Of a stretch of DNA of 64,000 nt, positions 56,159 to 64,000 are shown piece after piece. Both the position numbers and the translations under genes were made by a program. Every line of letters begins with the position of its first letter. Position 1 is the stretch's first letter. The notes beneath the pieces are model-generated. The model ran no database searches. It was not told the origin of the DNA and worked only from the letters and a program-made list of their open reading frames with translations. This DNA is from Gemmatimonadales bacterium (lineage in GTDB: Bacteria; Gemmatimonadota; Gemmatimonadetes; Gemmatimonadales; GWC2-71-9). Location: contig OZ252244.1 of NCBI GenBank assembly GCA_965249575.1, forward strand, positions 1,504,001 through 1,568,000. Direction: 5' to 3'.

Positions 56159-57058
56159 TCACCCCATCAGTGTGGCCATCAAGGCCTTTTGTACGTGCAG
56201 CCGGTTTTCCGCCTGATCCAGCACCCGGGACCAAGGTCCCTCGATGACCTCATCGGCGACCTCCTCGCCACGGTGCGCCGGCAGACAATGCAGAAAGATG
56301 GCGCCGGCCGCCGCGGTCTTCATGAGATCGTCATTGACGAAGTAGCCGGCGAACGCCCGCCGACGAGCTTCGACTTCCTGCTCCTGACCCATTGATGCCC
56401 ACACATCGGTATTGATGACGTGAGCCCCTTCGACCACTTCTTGTGGATCGCGGCTCACGCGAACGACCGTGCGCGCTCCCGCCCGATCGAGCATTTCGGG
56501 ATCGGGATCGTACCCCTTGGGACAGGCGATCCGGAGCTCGAACCCCAAGACGCCCGCTGCGTTCAACCAGGAGTTCGCCATGTTGTTGCCATCGCCCACC
56601 CAGGCGATGGTCTTGCCTTCCCAGCCGCCGAGCGACTCCCGAATCGTGAGCAGGTCGGCGAGAACCTGACACGGATGGAGTAGGTCCGTCAGCCCGTTGA
56701 TGACGGGCACCGCTGCCCACCGTGCCAGCTCGACGACCTCCGCATGGCTGAACGTGCGGATCATGATGCCGTCCACGTAGCGCGACAAAACTCGCGCTGT
56801 ATCCTTGATCGGCTCCCCCCGCCCGAGCTGGATGTCCCGCGACGAGAGAAACAGGGCGTGCCCGCCAAGTTGATAGCAGCCGACCTCGAACGACACCCGG
56901 GTCCTGGTACTGCTCTTGGCAAACACCATGGCGAGCGTCTTTCCACCAAGCGGCTCGCGCGCATAGCGACCCGCTTTCATTCGACCCGCAAGCTCAAGCA
57001 AATCAGCAACTTCCAATGCAGATAGATCAGCGAGGCTCAGAAAATCGCGCTTCGTCAT
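56159..57058 (-). CDS. argF: Ornithine carbamoyltransferase
   Basis: SSTRTR, HPCQ, GDGNN, DVWASMG, HCLP. Confidence 0.97.
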   Translation of the reverse strand: MTKRDFLSLADLSALEVADLLELAGRMKAGRYAREPLGGKTLAMVFAKSSTRTRVSFEVGCYQLGGHALFLSSRDIQLGRGEPIKDTARVLSRYVDGIMIRTFSHAEVVELARWAAVPVINGLTDLLHPCQVLADLLTIRESLGGWEGKTIAWVGDGNNMANSWLNAAGVLGFELRIACPKGYDPDPEMLDRAGARTVVRVSRDPQEVVEGAHVINTDVWASMGQEQEVEARRRAFAGYFVNDDLMKTAAAGAIFLHCLPAHRGEEVADEVIEGPWSRVLDQAENRLHVQKALMATLMG

Positions 57059-57099
57059 GCAGCACCCTTAATATGTCAAAATGACAGGCCGATGGCGGG

Positions 57100-57128
57100 A
57101 TTCTACTTGGACGGTACTCGTAAGTAAA
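57100..57128 (-). promoter_or_regulatory. Sigma70 promoter for argF-gcvT-mogA-activator
   Basis: Minus strand TTTACT-17 nt-TAGAAT in an AT-enriched spacer. Confidence 0.65.
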
Positions 57129-57206
57129 GCGGGCTATCGGGTGTAAAAGGATGATCCAGGGCTTTGGATGGGACTGGGCCACCGGCCCCCGGTCGGGGCC
57201 CGAGAA

Positions 57207-58724
<1,518 letters not shown>

Positions 58725-58750
58725 GTCTCAGTCGTCTCGGCGCTACGGCC

Positions 58751-59287
58751 CTACAGCTCCAGCACCGTCAGGTTGTGGTTAGTGAAAACACAGATCTCGG
58801 CGGCGATACCCAGGCTTCGCTCGACGATGTCTCGCGCCGACAGCTCGGAGTTCACCCTGAGCGCACGGGCGGCCGCGAGCGCGTAATTCCCTCCGCTCCC
58901 GATCGCGACGATTCCGTCGTCAGGCTCTATCAACTCGCCGCTCCCGCTGATCACAAAGCCGTGCTCCTGGTTGGCGACGGCGAGCAGTGCCTCGAGCCGC
59001 CGCAAGACGCGGTCGCTGCGCCAGTCCTTGGCCAGCTCGACCGCCGCGCGGCTCAGATTCCCTGGATACCGCTCGACTTTTTCCTCGAATTTCTCGAAGA
59101 GCGTAAGGGCGTCGGCGGCCGCGCCAGCGAACCCAGCGAGCACGGTTTTCGACGCAAGCGCTCGAACCTTGGTTGCGTGCGACTTCATGATCGTCTCGCC
59201 CACGCTCACCTGGCCGTCACCGCCCATCGCAACCTTGCCATCCTTGCGCACCGCCAGAATCGTCGTGGAGTGGACCTGGTGCCTCAC
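58751..59287 (-). CDS. hslV: HslV protease
   Basis: [40 protein letters not shown] before GTG 59287. Confidence 0.97.
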   Translation of the reverse strand: MRHQVHSTTILAVRKDGKVAMGGDGQVSVGETIMKSHATKVRALASKTVLAGFAGAAADALTLFEKFEEKVERYPGNLSRAAVELAKDWRSDRVLRRLEALLAVANQEHGFVISGSGELIEPDDGIVAIGSGGNYALAAARALRVNSELSARDIVERSLGIAAEICVFTNHNLTVLEL

Positions 59288-59310
59288 GCTCGCGCCTCCA
59301 ATCGGTCGCG

Positions 59311-60270
59311 TCATGCCCTGGGATGAGCCTGTTGATACACCTTCTTGAGCCGCTTCACGCTCGTGTGCGTATACACTTGCGTCGTGCTGAGCGATGCGTG
59401 GCCCAAAAGCTCCTGAACTGCCCGTAGGTCTGCACCGGCGTCGAGCATGTGGGTCGCGAAGCTATGGCGCAAGCTGTGAACGCTGAGGGTCCCACCGGGC
59501 TCCACAAGACGCAGGAGCCGCTGCACGACGTACTGAATGCCTCTCGGCGACAGACGGTGGGCCCGGGCCGTCAGGAACACCGCTTTTCGGTCCACACCAC
59601 GCGCAGCGCTTCCCGCTAGGAGCTCCTCACGAACGACGTGGTAGCGGCGGAGGGCGCGCGTCGCGTGGTCTCCAATCGGCAGAATGCGTTCCTTTCGTCC
59701 CTTGCCGAGGACCTTCACTTGTTCGGACACCAGATCAACGTCGCCCAAGTTGAGCCCCGCCAATTCGCTCAGCCGCATGCCTGTTGAATAAAATAGCTCG
59801 ACGAGCGCTAGGTCCCGTAGTGCTCGGAAGGTTCCGCTCGTGGCCATCTGCTCCGCCAGTTGAAACAAGAGCTCGACCTGCTGCGTGTCGAGGAACCCCG
59901 GGAGCCCGCGTGGGGCCTTCGGCGTGCGCACACTCGCTGCGGGATTCACGCTCAGGTCGTACCGCGCACACAGGAATCGGTAGAAACTCCGGACGGCCGA
60001 CACCGCCCGCCCCACCGATCGCTTCCCAAGTCCCCCGCGCGCCAGGTCACCCATGAAGCCCCTGAGCGCCGCCCGATCGACCTTGGACCAACGCCAGCTC
60101 TTGGGACTCCCAAAGTGGCCGTCGCAGTACGCCTGAAACGCCGCGAGGTCCCGCCCATACGCCTTCACGGTGTGGGGTGAGTCGTTGCGCTCGTTCGTCA
60201 AGAAAGACAGAAACTCCATGACCTCCGGTCGCAATCGCCCTAGACCGCCCCCATTCGCGCGAGTGTTCAT
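59311..60270 (-). CDS. xerC: Tyrosine recombinase XerC
   Basis: [39 protein letters not shown]. Confidence 0.93.
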   Translation of the reverse strand: MNTRANGGGLGRLRPEVMEFLSFLTNERNDSPHTVKAYGRDLAAFQAYCDGHFGSPKSWRWSKVDRAALRGFMGDLARGGLGKRSVGRAVSAVRSFYRFLCARYDLSVNPAASVRTPKAPRGLPGFLDTQQVELLFQLAEQMATSGTFRALRDLALVELFYSTGMRLSELAGLNLGDVDLVSEQVKVLGKGRKERILPIGDHATRALRRYHVVREELLAGSAARGVDRKAVFLTARAHRLSPRGIQYVVQRLLRLVEPGGTLSVHSLRHSFATHMLDAGADLRAVQELLGHASLSTTQVYTHTSVKRLKKVYQQAHPRA

Positions 60271-61583
60271 GATGTCGGGACGGCCGAGGCCTCGGGCGCG
60301 AACTCTCGCATGGCGCCGAGGGCCCGCTCGGCAAGCAACTCCCGTTTGCGCCGCTTGTCGCGGACCCTTTCGGACAGCTCGGGCAGCAAGCCGAAGTTCG
60401 CATTCATGGGCTGGAAGTGTCCTGGGTCGGCCTCGTGCACGTACCGCAGCAGCCCCCCGAGCATGGTTTCGGGAGGAGGCGCTAGTGGAGCGGCTCCGTA
60501 CATCAGCCGGCTCAGATTCAGACCTGCCAAGAGCCCAGTTGCCAGCGACTCGGTGTACCCCTCCACGCCCACGAGCTGGCCGGCGAATAGGAGCTGCGGG
60601 TCATCGGGAACCGAGAGGTGCGTGGTCAGTGCGGCGGGGGCATTGACATAGGTATTTCGGTGAACGCACCCGAAGCGGAAGAACTCAGCGCTGGCGAGCC
60701 CCGGAATCGAGGTGAACACGCGCTTCTGTTCCGCGATCCGCAGGCGTGTTTGAAAGCCGACGAGGTTCCACATTTGCCCCGCGCGGTCCTCCTGGCGTAG
60801 CTGCACGACTGCGTGTGGTTCCCTTCCGGTTCGCGGGTCCGGAAGGCCGACAGGCTTGAGCGGTCCGAAGCGGAGCGTTTCGCGGCCTCGCCGTGCCATC
60901 TCCTCGACGGGCAGGCAACCCTCGAAGTACGGGACCTCGTCGAAATCGTGTGCCGTGTGCTGGTCTCCCGATATCAGCGCGTCGACAAACGCCTCGTATT
61001 CCGGCATCGTCAAGGGGGCGTTCAGGTAATCGTCTCCGTCTCCCTTTCCATAGCGGGATAGCCGATACAGCTTCCCGATCTCGAGGGAGTCGCGGCTGAC
61101 GATGGGCGCGATCGCGTCGTAGAAGGCCAGCGATTTCACGCCGAGCCGCGCAGCAATGGCCCGGGCCAGGCGGTCGGACGTGAGTGGCCCGGTGGCCACG
61201 ATACCGGGTGACGGCAGTTCCGTGACCTCTTCGCGGACCAGCTCGATCCGCGGATGGGCCACGATGCGCCGAGTGACCTCGGCCGCGAAGAGGTTTCGGT
61301 CGACGGCAAGCGCCGATCCCCCCGGAACGCGGACCCCATTGGCAACGTCCAACAGGAGGCTGCCAAGCTCCCGGAGCTCGGCCTTGAGCAGCCCGTGTGC
61401 ATTCGCAAGGTCAGTCGACTTGAAGGTGTTGGAACAGACGATCTCAGCGAGGGAGTCCGTTTGGTGTGCTGGAGTCCGTACAAGCGGACGCATCTCATGC
61501 AGGGCTACCCGAACGCCGCGATTGGCCAGCGCCCACGCCGCCTCGCAACCGGCGAGGCCGCCTCCGACGACCGTGGCGATCAC
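60267..61583 (-). CDS. trmFO: FADH2/folate-dependent tRNA U54 methyltransferase
   Basis: VGGGLAGCEAA, EIVCSN, ALAVDR, YFEGCLP, GFQTRL, HRNTY, GVEGY, PMNANFG. Confidence 0.97.
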   Translation of the reverse strand: MIATVVGGGLAGCEAAWALANRGVRVALHEMRPLVRTPAHQTDSLAEIVCSNTFKSTDLANAHGLLKAELRELGSLLLDVANGVRVPGGSALAVDRNLFAAEVTRRIVAHPRIELVREEVTELPSPGIVATGPLTSDRLARAIAARLGVKSLAFYDAIAPIVSRDSLEIGKLYRLSRYGKGDGDDYLNAPLTMPEYEAFVDALISGDQHTAHDFDEVPYFEGCLPVEEMARRGRETLRFGPLKPVGLPDPRTGREPHAVVQLRQEDRAGQMWNLVGFQTRLRIAEQKRVFTSIPGLASAEFFRFGCVHRNTYVNAPAALTTHLSVPDDPQLLFAGQLVGVEGYTESLATGLLAGLNLSRLMYGAAPLAPPPETMLGGLLRYVHEADPGHFQPMNANFGLLPELSERVRDKRRKRELLAERALGAMREFAPEASAVPTS

Positions 61584-63850
61584 GTTCCCGCCGTCGCCGC
61601 GGCCTCCTCCGCAACGTCGTATTCCGTCTCGCACCAAAGGCACCGGCGGTAATCGCCCCGCGCCTTGGTGAACCGCTTCTCGACACCAATCTTACGGCAA
61701 TCCCGGCACGCCTCGGGAAGCGGCCGGTGCCACGTCGAGAAATCGCAGTCGGGATAGGTCGAGCAGCCGAAGAAGACCCGCCCACCCTTCCGCGTGCGAC
61801 GCTCCGCGAGGTCGCCATCCTTGCATTTCGGGCACTTCACACCGAGCGGAATGGGACGCGTGTGCTTGCATTTTGGATAGGCAGTGCAGGCCAGGAACTC
61901 ACCGTACCGACCGGTCTTGACGACCATGGGCGATTTACACTCTCGGCACTTCTCTTTCGTCGGCCGATCGGGGACTTTGTCCCGCTTGAGTGGCTTGGTG
62001 TACTTGCATTCGGGATACGTCGTGCACGCGATGAAAGGACCGAACCGCCCGCTCCGAACGCCCAGCTTTCCTCCGCACTTTGGACAGGCCTGTTGCTCGA
62101 GGTCGCCGACATCGTGCGCTTCGCGAATCATCGCATCGGTATCGATGCTGTCCAGCGCTTTGGAGAATGGGCCGTAGAAGTCCTCGAGCACCCGCTGCCA
62201 GCCCAACTCGCCCTCTTCGACCTTGTCGAGCTCACTTTCCATCCCGGAAGTGAACTCCACGTTGAAGATGTCCGGGAAGCGACTCACCATGACCTTCGCG
62301 ACTGTCTCCCCGAGGGATGTCGGGAAGAAGCGCCGCTCCTTGAGCTCCACGTAGTGACGGGCCCGCAGGGTCGAGACGATGGAGCTGTAGGTGCTTGGGC
62401 GGCCGATGCCCAGGCGTTCCAGCTCTTTCACCAAGCTCGCCTCGCTGAACCGTGGGGGTGGTTCGGTGAAGTGCTGGCTGGGTTCGATCTTCGATACTTT
62501 GACCTCCGCGCCGACCTCGAGCGCCGGGACCGGAGGCAAATCGTCGAGCGTCTTTCCCTCCCCCGCCTCCCGGGCCTCCGCGTACAGCACGTGGTATCCA
62601 TCGAACACTACAATCGACCCGGTGGCCCGGAACAAGTGTTTCCCCAGTTTGAAGTCCACCGCTGTCGTATCGTAGACCGCCGGCGCCATCTGCGACGCAA
62701 CGAATCGCTGCCAGATGAGCTGGTAGAGCTTGAACTGGTCTGCCGTCAAGACCTTCTTCAACTCCTGCGGCCGCCGCGTTACGTCAGCCGGGCGGACGGC
62801 TTCGTGCGCGTCTTGGGTGCGCACGCCCTTCTTGGCCGTGTAAACGTTCGGCTTCTCGGGCAGGTAGGCCTTCTGGTACTGCTTGCGAATCAATTCCCGG
62901 ACTGCCTCGATCGCCGTGGGCGCCACCCGTGTCGAGTCGGTACGCATGTAGGTGATCAACCCCACGGCCCCTTCCTCCCCCAACTCGATCCCCTCGTAGA
63001 GGTCCTGCGCCGCCCGCATCGTGCGGCGAGAGGAGAACCCCAGGAGCTTGGCGGCCTCCTGCTGCAGCGTGCTGGTGGTAAAGGGCGCCCGCGGCCGCTT
63101 GCGCCGCTGCTTGCGCGTAACGTCGGATACGATGAACGGTTTGCCCTTGACGGCCTTCACGACGGCCTTGGCGTCGCGCTCGTTGTGCAACTCCGGCTTC
63201 TTGCCATCGATCTTGTGCAGCTTCGCGACGAACTCGGTTTTCTCGGCCTCGCATTGAGCCTCTATCGTCCAGTACTCCTGAGGCTTGAAGGCACGGACGT
63301 CCGCCTCGCGCTCCACGATCAGGCGGAGTGCGACCGTCTGAACCCGGCCAGCGGATAGCCCGGTCTTGACCGATTTCCACAGTAACGGGCTCGCCTTGTA
63401 TCCAACGAGGCGATCCAGAATGCGGCGGGCCTGCTGGGCCTCGACCTTGCGATCGTCGATGCTGCCCGGATTGGACATGGCCAGTTGGACGCCGTCCTTG
63501 GTTATCTCACGTAACAGGACCCGGCGCATCCGCTCGCCGTTGCCGACATACTGAGCCACGTGCCACGCGATGGCCTCGCCCTCCCGATCGGGGTCAGTCG
63601 CGAGGAACACCTCCGAGGAGGTTTTGGCGGCGCGTTTGAGCTCTCCAAGCGCCTTGCCCTTGCCGCGAATCGTTATGTACTTCGGGGCGAATCCCTTTTC
63701 GATGTCCACGCCAAGCTCCCGCTGGGGCAGATCCCGCACGTGCCCCACCGTCGCCTTGACGGTGTAACCCGCCCCCAGGTATCGCCCGATGGTCCTCGCC
63801 TTCGCGGGCGATTCCACTACGACCAACGCATTCCTCCGCTTCGCCATCAT
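61580..63850 (-). CDS. topA: DNA topoisomerase I with C-terminal Zn ribbons
   Basis: VVESPAKA, ATDPDREGEAI, SAGRVQ, ITYMRTDS, AHEAVRP, GIGRPSTY, repeated C4 ribbons. Confidence 0.98.
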   Translation of the reverse strand: MMAKRRNALVVVESPAKARTIGRYLGAGYTVKATVGHVRDLPQRELGVDIEKGFAPKYITIRGKGKALGELKRAAKTSSEVFLATDPDREGEAIAWHVAQYVGNGERMRRVLLREITKDGVQLAMSNPGSIDDRKVEAQQARRILDRLVGYKASPLLWKSVKTGLSAGRVQTVALRLIVEREADVRAFKPQEYWTIEAQCEAEKTEFVAKLHKIDGKKPELHNERDAKAVVKAVKGKPFIVSDVTRKQRRKRPRAPFTTSTLQQEAAKLLGFSSRRTMRAAQDLYEGIELGEEGAVGLITYMRTDSTRVAPTAIEAVRELIRKQYQKAYLPEKPNVYTAKKGVRTQDAHEAVRPADVTRRPQELKKVLTADQFKLYQLIWQRFVASQMAPAVYDTTAVDFKLGKHLFRATGSIVVFDGYHVLYAEAREAGEGKTLDDLPPVPALEVGAEVKVSKIEPSQHFTEPPPRFSEASLVKELERLGIGRPSTYSSIVSTLRARHYVELKERRFFPTSLGETVAKVMVSRFPDIFNVEFTSGMESELDKVEEGELGWQRVLEDFYGPFSKALDSIDTDAMIREAHDVGDLEQQACPKCGGKLGVRSGRFGPFIACTTYPECKYTKPLKRDKVPDRPTKEKCRECKSPMVVKTGRYGEFLACTAYPKCKHTRPIPLGVKCPKCKDGDLAERRTRKGGRVFFGCSTYPDCDFSTWHRPLPEACRDCRKIGVEKRFTKARGDYRRCLWCETEYDVAEEAAATAGT

Positions 63851-64000
63851 ACTCCTTTACTCGCCAGACCCGATCGCCGAATCGGGTCGAGTTCCTTCAT
63901 TTACTGTATATGCCTGGTGGCCGCCGTCTCGCTGCCACTCCACACTCAACGATCGGTCAACGGGGCCTACCACGCATAACGCCCCTGGGTTCCCGGTTCC

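Noticed and set aside
59311..60270. Tyrosine recombinase as a phage or island integrase
   Set aside because: Embedded in the topA-trmFO-hslVU housekeeping operon with a XerC-type C-terminus; no att site or cargo.

Overview
High-GC bacterial chromosomal window, most likely Gemmatimonadota. This assignment is an inference from the topA-trmFO-xerC-hslVU-argF-gcvT-mogA-sigma54 activator run, a split atp operon, a TPM/NTase/LemA trio and an Fe-S/[FeFe]-hydrogenase-like gene divergent from htpX. It holds about 50 CDS. Housekeeping blocks (21-30 kb: ATP synthase Fo plus delta, MoxR and transporters; 53-64 kb) alternate with accessory stretches of secreted, outer-membrane and signalling proteins. No rRNA, tRNA, CRISPR array, transposase or prophage is supportable. 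At least six single-base frameshifts, mostly in short homopolymers, point to long-read errors. Two abrupt gene-to-gene junctions (~41.8 kb, ~44.4 kb) point to deletions or misassembly. The most interesting items are: (i) a type-1 copper cupredoxin + membrane HAMP-Ser/Thr kinase + porin module; (ii) a highly structured ~195-nt atpB-atpE spacer with mutually exclusive helices near the atpE ribosome-binding site; (iii) a near-perfect Rex operator in front of the atp operon; (iv) an orphan protein with a beta/gamma-crystallin domain between two inverted DUF5916-type paralogs; (v) an M1 peptidase with an Omp85-like barrel; and (vi) a His-less DHp-receiver protein. Family names come from motif recognition by eye, not database searches.
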